A stretch of 64,000 nucleotides of DNA from Octopus vulgaris (taxonomy: Eukaryota), in assembly GCA_951406725.2 (NCBI GenBank), contig OX597834.1:38006001-38070000 (forward strand), written 5' to 3'. Positions 30,341 to 44,095 of the stretch are shown in pieces (within the stretch, counting starts at the first letter, position 1; each line of letters begins with the position of its first letter). Under the pieces are notes generated by a model, which worked only from the letters and a program-made list of their open reading frames with translations, ran no database searches and was not told the origin of the DNA. Both the position numbers and the translations under genes were made by a program.

Positions 30341-31004
30341 GCTGATTCTGGTTACCTTGTTGAAAGAAATCGATTATTTCAAACATGAGCGAAATAATTA
30401 GTCAGAAGTATGTATGGAGCATTAAAAGTCTGCATTTACTGTTTCTCCTCGACGTTTATTGATTTCTTTTTTTATTGTTTCGTATAGAAAAGAAAGGCCA
30501 GCATTCATGACCTTTCTCAGTTTTTCTCTGATTGGTGATAAGAGAGGAAGTTAACAGCAAACTAGAGACCTAACCTGAATATTTACAACAGAGTGGACTC
30601 TGCTAAATGCACCCAACATCCGGCGATGGTGTAAAGCGGGGAGAAAGATGGCGTCTACTACCCACGAACAGGAACTGCCCCTGCCAATAGGTTTCACGCC
30701 GTTTCATCTTTCATCTTTATTTCTTTTTTTTTTTTTAGCTTTTTTCTTTTACTTGTTTCGGTTATTAGATTGCGGCCATGCTGGGGCACCGCATTGAGTA
30801 ATTTTTAGTCGAATGGTAATGCTCCCGTTCTTGTTTTCTCTTTGAACATGTTACGAATTCTATCAGGTTTTTATATGCCGAACCGCTAAGCTATGAGGGA
30901 TGCAAACACACCAACAGCTGTTGGCAAGCAGTGGCGGAGGACAGAGACACAAATACACTCACACATATATACATACATATATATAAACACACACACACAT
31001 ATAT

Positions 31005-31220
31005 TTCAAAATGTGACTGCGTGTGTACCGTTGGCGATTTTTTTTCCTCTGTCTTCCCTTCTCTGGATCTTTCCTTCTCCTGTTTCCGACGAAGAGCTCC
31101 GCTCGAAACGTTAAACCCTCCTTCTTTCCGTCTTTCCTGAGCGTCCAATAATACTATATTTGTTCCACGTCCTCGCGTTGCTGTGTTTTTTTGTGCTTTC
31201 TTGTTTGGATTAACTTTATA
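31005..31220 (+). mobile_element. Penelope-like terminal fragment with minimal hammerhead (31082-31116), inserted in the microsatellite of a diverged SINE-A
   Basis: GUUU-CCGACGA-A-GAGC-UCC-GCUC-GAAAC-GUU-AAAC. Confidence 0.65.
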
Positions 31221-31622
31221 TACACACATACATACACACACACATACAGACACACTTTCTCTGATCCCTATGCTTCAAGCAAATATAATCTCCTTGGTCG
31301 TTAGATCTCCGTGTGTAATCACTTGAGGTTGTACGTGCTATGGTTTCTTTCGTTGTCTTCTCTCTGTCTGTGGGAGAATTTCAGCAAAACTTTATAAACA
31401 AACTTGTCACCAGTTTCTAATTTATTTACATTGGTCAAGCATACCTCCACGAGGCTACGTGGGCTGAGTCCCTCGAGGTATATACTTACTATAGACATAG
31501 GCTGGGTATGAACTGGAGACCCTGCAGGCAACAAGCCGATACTCTACCAGCTTGGTTAACCACAGGTCTCTTCACGCAAAAACACATACATACATACATA
31601 CATACATACATACATACATACA

Positions 31623-31654
<32 letters not shown>

Positions 31655-32419
31655 CATATATTCACACGCGCATATATACACTAATATGTAAGTATATTAT
31701 ATACACACAAATATAGATGCATATATGTCTTTGTATAGACATATATAAGTATACGTATGCGTGTATATGCTTTTAAACGTATGTATATAACAAATATATA
31801 TTTATATGCGTGTGTGGGGCTGTGAGTATATGTGTGCGTGAAGTTTTATAACCACAGGTCTCTTCACGCAAAAACACACACACACATACATACATACATA
31901 CATACATACATACATACATACATACATACATACATACATACAGAAAAAGACGTGGGAGATGATATTTCCTATAACAATATAGTGACCCATTAATTAAAGA
32001 ATGGTAATTAATTGATTAGTCAATCAGTGAATCATTCGACAATATAATATTACAGAAGCTAAATGTTTGTCACGCGGTGTTTTATGGTCAATCGGCCCGC
32101 TGGTCAGTTGATCAATGTTGTTTCTGTGATGGAGCTTACTGGTCATCACGTTAAATAAATGCAATGGCGAGGTGGCCACTTTGACTATCAATCTCTTAAT
32201 TCAGAGGGTGATCGTGAGTTCGAGTTATCCTAAAATCTGTTATTGTGCCTTTGGATATCATAATACATAACTAATTGTCCTGTGGCCGGGATACGTTATC
32301 ACAAACCGATGCTGTCGTTGGTCGTTCGGGGAAGGACGAGGCCCTTAACTGGAAGGATTTCCTTTTTTTATATTTTCCTTTCAATTCTTCATGACAAATA
32401 GTTTTCATCACTATCTTCA

Positions 32420-32448
32420 GCACCGTCGGCATCTTCTTCCGCATCATT

Positions 32449-32536
<88 letters not shown>

Positions 32537-32829
32537 CCACCACCACTACCACCATCAGCACCCTCAGCACCCTCAGCACTATCAGCACTATCAGCAGCAG
32601 CAGCAGCAACAGTAGCAGTAGCAACACCATCATCATCGTCGTCATCATTATCACCACCACAACACCACCATCATTACCATCATCATCGTAATCCTCATCC
32701 TCATCATCATCATCATCATCCTCATCGTCATCGTGATCATCGTCATCATCATCATCGTCATCGTCATCATCATCGTCGACGTCTTCGTCGTCGTCATCAT
32801 TATCACCACCACAACACCACCATCATTGC

Positions 32830-32881
<52 letters not shown>

Positions 32882-32990
32882 GTCATCATCGTCATCATCA
32901 TCATCATCATCGTCATCGTCATCGTCATCGTTATCATCATCATCATCATCATCATCATCCTGCACTCTTCACCACTACTACTACCACCGA
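32420..32990. repeat. Compound (CAT)n/(CAC)n/(CAG)n microsatellite
   Basis: Directly visible. Confidence 0.93.
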
Positions 32991-33246
32991 CAATACCATC
33001 AATGCCATGCTTGGTACTTGCTGCAAAACCACAAACGATGGTAGCATCAATAAAAAGAAACAGCAATAACGGGAGGATTGGATCGAAGAATCAATAAAAG
33101 TTCGTTGGTCAGCTGGTCAATTGTGCAGTCATCAATATAATGAAAGCAAATGTAAGTTTTGTGGTCAATCGGTCAGTTGATAAATTGATCAGATTCACTG
33201 ATATGTCATAAACTATTTGTAGACTGCACTGATACAAGAATGATTG

Positions 33247-34512
33247 CTAAGGTATGGTGGAAAGGTGAGGTGCGGAGTTGGTGTTAATTAACTGGCTGAG
33301 TTAATTAGAACTAGTGACTGAGCTAAATGTATGGTGGACAGGTAATGTGAAGGCTTGATGTCAATTTACTGTCTGAGTTAATTAGAGGTAGAAAGTGAGC
33401 TAATGTATGGCTGACAGGTAAGGTGACGATTTTATGTTAATATATACTGTCTGAGGTAATTAGTTGTAGGAGACTTAGCTAAAGTATGGTGGACAGGTAA
33501 AGTGGATGACGATAAGGTAGATTTGTCGTTTGTTAATGCTTGAATTAATTAAACGTAAGTAAATACTGAGCCGAAGTGTCTGATGAATGTTGGATGTAGG
33601 GAAGGTAAGAAAGGTTTGACGTTAATTAGTGCTTAATTACAGGTGAGTAAAGATTGAGCTAGGGTATATGAACAGAGTTGTGCGCAAGGAAGGTAAGGAA
33701 GACTTAATATTAATTAGTGGTTGAATCAATTGAGGTAGAGAGTGAGGTAATGTATGGTAGACAGGTAAGATGACGAATTGGTGTTAATTTGCTGTCTGAG
33801 GTAATTAGTAGTAGAGACTGACCTAAAGTATGATGGACAGGTAAAGTGGATAAAGATAAAGAAGATTTGTTGCTTATTAATGCTTGAGTTAATTAAAGGT
33901 AAATAAATACACTAGCTGAAGTGTCTGAAGAATGTTGGATGCAGGGAATGTTAGACAAACTTGATTTTAATTAATGGTTAATTAATGGTGAGCAAAGATT
34001 GACCTAAAGTGTATGAAGAAAGTTGTGTGCAAGGAAGGTAGACTTAATATTAATTAGTGACTGAGTTAATTAAAGGTAGAGACTGAGCTAATGTATGGCT
34101 GACAGGTAATGCGACGATTTTATGTTAATTTACTGTCTGAGGCTGGGCTGAGGTATGGTAGACAGGTAGAGTGTATGAATATAAGGAAGATTTGTTGTTT
34201 AATTAATGCTTGAGTTAATTAAAGGTAAATAAATACTGAGCTGAGGTGTCTGAAGAATTTCGGATGCAGGGAAGGTAAAAAAAAGTGGTTAATTAGAGGT
34301 GAGCAAAGACTGAGCTACAGTATATGAAGAAAGTTGTGTGCAACGAAGATAATGAAGACTTAATACTAATTAGTGGCTGAGTTAATTAGAGCAAGGGCTT
34401 GAAGTTAGGTGTCGTGGAAATTTGGTATGGAGGTTATGTAAAAGAAAACTCGGTATCAATTAGTAGTCGCGTTAATTAGGAGAGACTGAGCTAAGATGTG
34501 GTGGAAAGGTGA
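33247..34512. repeat. Diverged satellite: ~76-92 bp monomers in a ~345 bp four-monomer higher-order repeat x3
   Basis: TAATGTATGG..GACAGGTAA recurs at ~33400, ~33747 and ~34089; monomers share TTAATTAG..GAG motifs. Confidence 0.88.
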
Positions 34513-34588
34513 GATTATGCGTTGTAATTATGGTGACTAAGATAATTTAATAGAAGATTACATAAATAACACATATACATATATATAT

Positions 34589-34687
<99 letters not shown>

Positions 34688-34963
34688 CGAGTGTCCTATT
34701 GTATTTGACATCAGGTGATGATAAAATTACATCAAAGTTACAACCACAAAATGGAGGCCATGGCGGTGAGGTGGTTAGGACGAATTTATTGATATTATTG
34801 CTCTCGATGTTGTTGTTGCAGTTCTTATTGTGATTACTGTCGTTTTTGGTGTTGTTGTTGTTGTTGTTTCCATAATTATTTTATTATTAATATTATTATT
34901 AATATTATTATTATTATCATTATTATTATTACTATTATTATTATTATTATTATCATTATTATA

Positions 34964-35150
34964 AAGGCGGCGAGCTGACGGAATCGTTAGCACGGTGGAC
35001 AAATTGCTTAGCGGTATTTCGCCCGTTGCTACGTTCTGAGTTCAAATTCCGCAGCCGTCGACTTTGTCTTTCATCCTTTCGGGGTCGATAAACTAAGTAC
35101 CGACTATTCCCTACACAAAATTGCTCCCCTTGTGGAAAAATTTGAAACCA
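34964..35150 (+). mobile_element. SINE family B within (TTA)n
   Basis: Head and core present. Confidence 0.85.
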
Positions 35151-35168
35151 TTATTATTATTATTGTTG

Positions 35169-35262
<94 letters not shown>

Positions 35263-35263
35263 C

Positions 35264-35352
<89 letters not shown>

Positions 35353-35459
35353 CTACTTTGCTTTTCATCCTTTCGGGCTGTCCATATAATCGACTATCCA
35401 CTTCCCCAAATATTTCTGGTCTCGTGCCTATAATAGAAAGTATCATTATTATATGCCGA

Positions 35460-36760
35460 CATCTTTCAGGCGTGATGCAATTATGGTCCGAGAATTCTGG
35501 TTGTTTAATAACTAAAAGAATTAATTTTTACTGTGGACTTTATCTTAAATACGAACTATTATTGATCACTCTAGAAAGATGGCCTCATACCGAGTCAAGG
35601 CAGTATTTACCAATTTCCTTTTTTCTGCCTTCTAAGTACGAGGCAAAAATGACTTCTCGTATTTAAAAAATATAGACTGGCAACTTGGTCCAGAATAGGA
35701 CTGGAAATTCTATTACGGGTGAAATCAGAATACCTGGGGAAAATCCCGGACCAAATGCAACTGGCGAATGAGGAAGGACTGCACTTCCCACTCGAAAGTA
35801 GAAGACCCAGGTTCCTCATATGTGGTGATACCAACCACCTGAGAACCTTTTGCTCATGACAGAAGGCGAAAGAATGAAGACCCCTTCTGCTCACGAAAAA
35901 CAAAAACACAACACACAAAAGCATGCAGCCCCAACAGTAGGAACAATAACAGCAACAATAACAGAGGCTGCGTAAGCAGAAGCAGCAGCAAAAATAGCAG
36001 AGGCAACAGCAACAACGAAAGCAGCAATAGAACACCCATGTGACAATAACAACAACAGCAGAATCAACCACTAAAAACCCCTCAAATACACAAATACAGA
36101 AATACACATCTAGATACTTAGATTGACCAGGATTCAAATCTCACTTCTTCCATCTCAAAACTCACCGATTCGAAGACATCGTCGAGAGACGAAGAGGAGA
36201 AGCGAAAAAAGAAAAGAAATAAAGATAGGCCACCCAAGAATATAAGAAGTGAGAGTACTCCTGTCGAACAACCTTTAACCCCAGACACCACCACCAATAC
36301 CACCGCCAATACAACTAGCACGACTACAAAGAAAACAGCCAAACCCGAAGCCACACCACTACCACCACCACCAGCCACAATAACAACAAAACACAGCCAC
36401 ATCAACTACACAAAAAAGCAAACAACAACTACAGCGGTAAGAAAACAGAAAATCGCAGTACAAAGGCCAGAAAATGAAGCAGAAAAACAAGCAAAGGCAG
36501 CATCAACTAAACACACAAAAACAAACTCCATCAACGTCATCGTTGTACGCAAACACAACTGTGACTTGATGGATTACATTGCACAAAACAGAGAAGAAAT
36601 GCAAACAGAAGATGAAGGTTTTGTTGAATTTGAGGCAAAAACACCAAAGACAAATATTGAAGATATCGTCAGCCGTCTGCAAAACTTTATTGGAAAAAGT
36701 CCAAGGAAGTATCGAACGTTTTGTTCCGAGACTTAACAAAGAATAAATAAATGAGTGATT
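35460..36760 (+). mobile_element. Degenerate ORF1/gag-like retroelement fragment with zinc knuckle
   Basis: WSRIGLEILLRVKSEYLGKIPDQ...RRPRFLICGDTNHLRTFC (CX2CX4HX4C with first C to F), Q/T-rich tail, then AATAAATAAA; homologous to 48380-48830. Confidence 0.65.
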
Positions 36761-37049
36761 TAAAGGAGCCCAGCTTGTAATAAAGACTGGACTATCCGCT
36801 CTTCAGCAAGTCCAAGGCTGAAGAGCGGATAGTTTCCATTCATTTTTCTGACCAACATAGCAAATGCCAGAGTAAGATATATAAAAGTGCGTCGCCTGAG
36901 GTCATTTTGGTTAACGACCTCAGTTCTTCATTTAGAAGTCATTTGATTGGTCGTTAGGTCGTTATTCTTGAGACTGTGATTTCTGGAATGCACGCACACG
37001 CGACCATGTTTTGAGTGCCACGAGATATACGCATCTTTTAGCAGATCTA

Positions 37050-37450
37050 GATCGGAAGAAAATTGGCAGTGTTCTTTGGGAAAGGCCAGGATAGTGAGGC
37101 AAGGATGATCTTCCTGGACTTCAATGGAATGACGGTGACCCTGGACCTGCGCAGCAGTGGAATCGATTCTTTCAGTTTAGCGGCCTTCTCTACCACAACT
37201 GGGACAGGGTGGCCTGATCTCTTCAGGTGTCTGAATGTGTTCCTGGAAACGTCTAGCCTTTTAGTGCGAGTAGGAGACTGAGATGGCTTCTTAGAAGAAC
37301 AAGATTGTGTGGGGATGGCCGACAGGGAAGAGAGTGCCAAGACTCGCAAACCTGCTCAGATATTTCCAAGTGTCCGACAAGTTCCGACTGGATTTCCCGA
37401 ATGTGCAAGTTTGAATGTAGAGGAACCGCAAGTTGAGGGTAGAAAGCCAT
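37050..37450 (-). mobile_element. Degenerate ORF1-like fragment with zinc-knuckle remnant
   Basis: Minus frame ...EEIRPPCPSCGREGR*. Confidence 0.35.
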
Positions 37451-38060
37451 GCGCTGCCCACCAGTAAATATATAGAAATTGAAATAAAGTTAGCAAACAA
37501 AGAACAGCTAATAAAAGATGTCACATACTTGAGTTGTACTTCATTTAGCATCTGATACTTTGCTGAGTTAACACCCGATACCTTTTAGAGTTAGCATTAC
37601 AGAGAGCGGGCATGACAACGTGTACCCTACTTTTGCTAAATGCTTTAGGTGCTTATGTAGTCGCAAGTATAGACGTCCTCTGGACCCCCAAACCACTTTT
37701 GGCCTAGCAGAACATTCGCGCTGTAGTGGATCGAGGATGAGAGGCCTGCCACAGCACCTGGATGCTATCCTTTTACAACTGAGTAGACGGGAGCAATGCG
37801 AAATAAAGTAATTTGTTCAAGAACAAAGCGCACCACTTGGTATAGGAATTGAACTCATGATGTTAGGATCGTAAGGCGTACATCCTAACCACTAGTCCAC
37901 GATTTCACTAACAATAGGTCACTTAATAACCATCTTGTCTTTCTCAATGTGTCCATTCCTTTCCACACTGCTTAAAAGTATTTTACAGTTAAACTCTGGG
38001 GTTGATATAATCGACAAACCCCTTCCCTGAAAAGTATTCAGGCCTTATGCTCATTACTTA

Positions 38061-38432
38061 GCTGGTACTTATTTTTTCGACCCCAAAAGGATGACAGGCT
38101 AAGTCGACCTCGGTGGAATTTGAACGCAGAACCTAAAGACGGACGAAATGCCGCTAAGTATATCGTCCAACGTGCTAACGATTCTGCAAACTCACTGCCT
38201 TAATTGATAATAATAATAACCCTTTCTACTATAGGCACAAGGCCTGAAATTGTACGGGAGGGAACTAGTCGATTACACAGACCCAGTGTTTCACTGGTAC
38301 TTAATTTATCGACGCCGAATGAATGAAAGGCAAAGTCGGCCTCGGTGCAATTTGAACTCAGAATTTGAAAACGGATGAAATGCCGCTAAGCATTTTGACC
38401 GGCGTACTAGCGATTCTGTCTGCTCACCACCT
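38061..38432 (-). mobile_element. Two tandem SINE family B copies
   Basis: Cores at ~38065-38130 and ~38295-38362. Confidence 0.85.
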
Positions 38433-38628
38433 TGAAGATGAAGTTAAAAAATCAGCGCAGAAAAAAACCTCTGCAGACGACACAGTTCGAACTCATAATT
38501 TCATATTCACTATTTCGCCAAACAGTCTCTCTAGAATAATCACACAATTCTTTTTAACATTAAAATAATAATAAGAATAATGATAATAATAATAAAATGA
38601 TAAGAGTAAGTTGTTCGCTCTCTTTCTC

Positions 38629-38677
<49 letters not shown>

Positions 38678-39677
38678 ATCTCTCTCTCTTTCTCTTTCTC
38701 TCTCTCAGAATATTTAAGCGTATTAAAAGTTACGTTTCATAGAATTGCTAATTCATTGGTGTTCTACTAATTAGAGGTTCGTTTATGGCCTGAGGTGGAT
38801 TAAAACAAAATTCAACAATTTGTATCCAACTAGCTTTTAAAGTACTTTGTTTTGATTTTCAGTGTGAAGGGCCTCTTTGCATTTTCCTCGTTAATTTAAG
38901 TCGATTTTCCTTGTTGTTACTGTTGTTTTTGTTATTGTTGATATTGATGTTGTTGTCGTTATTTTCATGTTCTCTTTTATCACTCATCCAACAGCCATTT
39001 AATCCGGCACGTTGACTCTGATAACGCCTCGTTGGCTTTTGTTTTTAATTTCATTTTCTTGTCGAACCGTCAAAACGTCTTCCCGGAAAGCTTGATGAAG
39101 CTTGCAACTCTCATAAAATATCGCTCGCAGCGCAACCCGCCTGCTTCCTACATCGTTCTACTAGTTCATAACAGTTGGTTCTATCATCCGTATGGTTGTA
39201 ATTACCACTAAACCGCGCCACGACCATCACCACAAAGACCGCTACCATCACCGCCACCATTACCACCACCACCACCTCCTCCTCCACAACCACAACCACA
39301 CTATTATGGACATCACCACTACACCACCAATACCATCATCGTTACCATTACCATCACTACCATCAATACCGACACCATACCACTATCACACTATCGACAA
39401 CAATAGCAGCGTTGTCACTGCTACCATCAGCATCGCCACCATCACCATCATCATCATCATACGTCAATAAGGATGGTTAGAATACAGATTGCTACATTAC
39501 ATACTGCTGACCACATAACCTTGGTATCCCGACCCCTACCCGGCCACCTTTTCCCTCTCCTACTCCTTGCAACAAAAACCAGTCATAACTATTGAACATT
39601 GGATTAAACCAACCAATAAGGATCCGCTGCAACCGGCTCTTGAGGCTTTACATCGTGTGTGTGCATGTGTGTATATA

Positions 39678-39718
<41 letters not shown>

Positions 39719-40069
39719 TTGACTGAGTGTAGTATGCTGATGGCATACCACGTGCACCCTTTCGTCTATAAGAAGTGTCAGCAGAGAGGACACCTCGGAG
39801 TCATGATCTAGATGCAGCACAGCTACCCTTAGTGTGTAAGAAGTTAAGGGCTAAAACATTTGTCTGAGGGGCGGGGTTTCTTCTCTGAAGACCCGCTGTT
39901 GTTCAGTTCTTCCAAGTGTTTCGTATCATCAATTATGAAGAATTATAACATCGATGTGATACTTACTCTATACCTACTTTTGTGTGTGTGTGTGTGTGTA
40001 TGTGTGTGTGTATTAATATTCAGGGCAAGCGAGTAAGTACACCGGCTTTGAATGTCTCTAAGCTACCTT

Positions 40070-40108
<39 letters not shown>

Positions 40109-40282
40109 TATATATATAGTCAGTATCAGAATTACACGTAAGCCTATGGTATCGTAATATAACAGTATTACAAAGGCCTTAGAGTGCCTTTAGTAAATTA
40201 GATGAGGTACGCCAAGGGAAAATGAAAGCAGAAAGCAGTTAAGCCGGCAAGCCGATTTAGTTCATCTTTCTACATACATACA

Positions 40283-40330
<48 letters not shown>

Positions 40331-40404
40331 TACATATATATATACATACATTTATATACATATACATATACGCGCGCACGCACACACACACACACACGCA
40401 TTGT

Positions 40405-40590
40405 TCAAATTTACAGAAAGCAAAAGACGAAGACAGGTAAAGTAACAACAAACATGTGTATTATTTTAGCGCTTGGGAAGAATAGAAAAATCTTTGACGT
40501 TTCGAGCCTACGCCCTTCGACAGAAAGGATCGCGAGGGGGGAAAAAACGGGGAGAGAAAAAAAATGTGTAGGGATTAACGGTTCAACATG
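40405..40590 (-). mobile_element. Penelope-like terminal fragment with variant minimal hammerhead (40491-40528)
   Basis: Minus: CUUU-CUGUCGA-A-GGGC-GUAG-GCUC-GAAAC-GUC-AAAG. Confidence 0.65.
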
Positions 40591-40974
40591 ATATATATAC
40601 ATAGAATAATTATAATTGATTATAGCGAGAAAAAATACGGAGACGGGTACATACTAAAATGTTTTCTTTTAGTTCACAGTTTGTCATACAACATATTTTT
40701 ATGGTTACAATGACCTACACATGTTTCTGATGCATTGAGTATGTGCACGGTATCCGCCTGGATGATATATCCCTCTAGATTCACAAATACTCGAATATAA
40801 GTCTATTATCGTAGCAAAGAGTGAACCTGACGTGTTTCTTAAACATAATTCGACACAGGCATGGTTTAAAATTAGTCAAACCACGGATTAATTTCATAGG
40901 AAAATAGCTGTAGTATAATCAATATGTGTCACTAAATTCACATCAGAGATAGAAAAATAGGTAAAGATTGTATA

Positions 40975-41494
40975 CTGTAAATCCCTTTTGTATACTATAA
41001 ATCCCGCCCTTGAGTATAATACGCAGGTGATTTTTAGGGGGCTGAAAAAGCTAAACCTTGTGTATAATACGCACCCCTTCTCTAACTTGAGTCGTGCGTA
41101 ATTAAGCTAGTAGCACCTAGTCGAACAAACACTTCCGCGCATGCGTAATACAATAATGGTGATGTTCTTAACTGTTATATGGGAATGTAAATATGTTTGC
41201 AAATTGTTTTTGTCACGTTATTCTGTGTTCTGAATACTTTTATTTTAATAAATGTTGCTTACTGCAAGTTATGGATGATTCTTTTATGACTTCATTGCTT
41301 TCAGGCTTAGCTTAAGGTATTTTCGTGCCCGACATCACAAAATGCGTCGGAATAAACATTGCCGGACAGCAAATAGAAACTTGGACATTGCTTAGAAAAT
41401 ATTTTTCATTTTTAACCTCGTATATAGTACGCACTAGGTATTTTGACCTTTAAATTTTGGGGAAAAAATGCGGATTATACTCGAGGATTTACGG
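40975..41494. mobile_element. Tc1/mariner (pogo-type) MITE
   Basis: Ends TA|CTGTAAATCC...TTGAGTATAATACGCA and TGCGGATTATACTCGAGGATTTACGG|TA; internal TATAATACGCA-type subrepeats. Confidence 0.8.
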
Positions 41495-42162
41495 TATGCG
41501 TATTACAGGAGTTATTGCCCCTTCTGTAGCAACAGATCGAACCCATTGACCATCCACGGACTCATTGCTTAAATAGCCACTAAGCTTAGTTGTGTAACAA
41601 TATTGGACAGACTAATTTACGTATTAAACACATTCCTGACAACTGATACGTCCATATTAATTGCTGGTAGGGACACCGTACTTCGTTTTACAATCGTAAT
41701 ATAATACACAGTGTATTAAAGACTTATAAATCAATACCAGCTCCTACTTCTTTTGTCAGCAGTGCGATTTAATCACACTGTAGTGTGCATGAACCAAGTT
41801 TTAACTAAACTGTTCTGCCTAATTTGCATAAAAGTGCATACGCTGTGGATGGGAAATTATTAATTTCTCTGATTCTCTGATGCAAGATTAACACGGCTGG
41901 AAATCGATCAGGCCTGTCCTGTATATTTATTATGTATGTTTATCCAGTATCGTTATTAATAAAAGTATACTTTACAATACATATATACATGCACACGCAC
42001 GCTCATACACACACATACACACATACATGCACATACACATGTGTGCGTGTGTATGTGCAAGTACGCTAGATAGAAACTGGTATATGCATGTAGACATGTA
42101 TAGATCATATATAAATAGATTGATACAGAGGTAGTTAACGATGTGTATATGTGTGTGTAGAA

Positions 42163-42368
<206 letters not shown>

Positions 42369-42899
42369 ACATATATATACAAGCAGATACATTCACAAAT
42401 GAGCATACACAAATATTATGTATGTATATACACACTCGCATACGCAAATGCATAAAGAATGTGATGAAGATTTTGCGAGTGAGAGGTGTCAGTGGTTTTA
42501 ATCATCCAGAAAGCAAGGTTTATGATGTAGAATTGATGTGATGTGATAAAATAATTTATAACATGGAAAGAAAAGAAGTAACATTGTCAAAATTTGATAA
42601 TAAACAACCTGACTTGACTTCACTTGACACATAAGCCCTGCATTATATTTATCACAGAGATCTCTAATTTACACACACACACACACACATACACACACAC
42701 ACACACACACATGCGCGCACGCACACACACTCACACATGCGCACACACACATACACACACACAAGGCCCTGTAATATAGCTATTTAATGATAACGTTGGC
42801 TAATGGTATTGGTTTGTATGATACGATAGCGTGATGGTTAAGATATCAGAAACGTATAGTTTACTTCGGTGAAGTTAATGGTTAATAGCTCTCAATATA

Positions 42900-42975
<76 letters not shown>

Positions 42976-43019
42976 AGATGACGCGGGTATTAATATACAT
43001 GGGAATATGGTGGCTGTGG

Positions 43020-43350
43020 TTGTGATGTTATTGGTGGTGATGCTGATGATGGTAATGGTGGTGGTGTTGTTTCGTTGATGATGATGGTGGAGGTGGTGGT
43101 GAGGATGATAGTAATAATGGTTGCGGTGGTGGCAATGATGGTAGTAGCGATCTTGGTGGTGGTGGTGGTGGTGGTGGTGGTGGTGGTGGTGGTGGTGGTG
43201 GTGGTGGTGGTGGTGGTGGTGGTGATCCTGATGATGATGATGAGGATGAGGATGAGGATGATGAGGATGATGATGATGATGATGAGGAGGAGGAGGAGGA
43301 GGAAGAGGAGGAGGAGGAGGAGGAGGAGGAGGAGGATGGTGATGATGCGA
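43020..43350. repeat. (GGT)n/(GAT)n/(GAG)n compound microsatellite
   Basis: Directly visible. Confidence 0.93.
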
Positions 43351-43540
43351 TGATTACGGTGAAATAAAATACAAATATTATTTTCCGCATCATCATCACT
43401 GTTCCAATATCAACTTATTATTGAATTAACTAATTGCTACAGATTGACAAAGCGGTCGAGCAATGCCGGATTAAATGACAGGGAAAGCATTGCTAGTATA
43501 CCGGATGAAGTGGTTTACTGTTTTATAGTTATATCTATAA

Positions 43541-43706
43541 GCGCAGGTGCGGCTGTGTGGTAAGAAGCTTGCTTCCCAACCACATGGTTCCGAGTTCAGT
43601 CCCACTGCATGGCACCTTGGGTAAGTGTCTTCTGCTATAGCCTCGGGCCGACCAAAGCCTTGTCAGTGGATTTGGTAGACGGAAACTGAAAGAATCCCGT
43701 CCTATA

Positions 43707-43741
<35 letters not shown>

Positions 43742-43960
43742 TTGTGTGTCTGTGTTTGTCCCCCCCCCCCAACATCGCTAGATAACCGATGCTGGTGTGT
43801 TTACGTCCCCGTAACTTAGCGGTTCGGCAAAAGAGACCGATAGAATAAGTACTAGGCTTCCAAAGAATAAGTCCTGGGGTCGATTTGCTCGACTAAAGGC
43901 GGTGCTCCAGCATGGCCACAGTCAAATGACTGAAACAAGTAAAAGAGAAGAATAAAAGAA
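43541..43960 (+). mobile_element. SINE family A, full length
   Basis: Head to tail intact. Confidence 0.92.
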
Positions 43961-43979
43961 TATATAAAAATAGATGATG

Positions 43980-44028
<49 letters not shown>

Positions 44029-44045
44029 CGTGCGTGCGTGTGTGT

Positions 44046-44095
<50 letters not shown>

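Noticed and set aside
33578-33622. CTGATGA...GAAA in the satellite as a hammerhead
   Set aside because: No stems form, and the other units lack GAAA.
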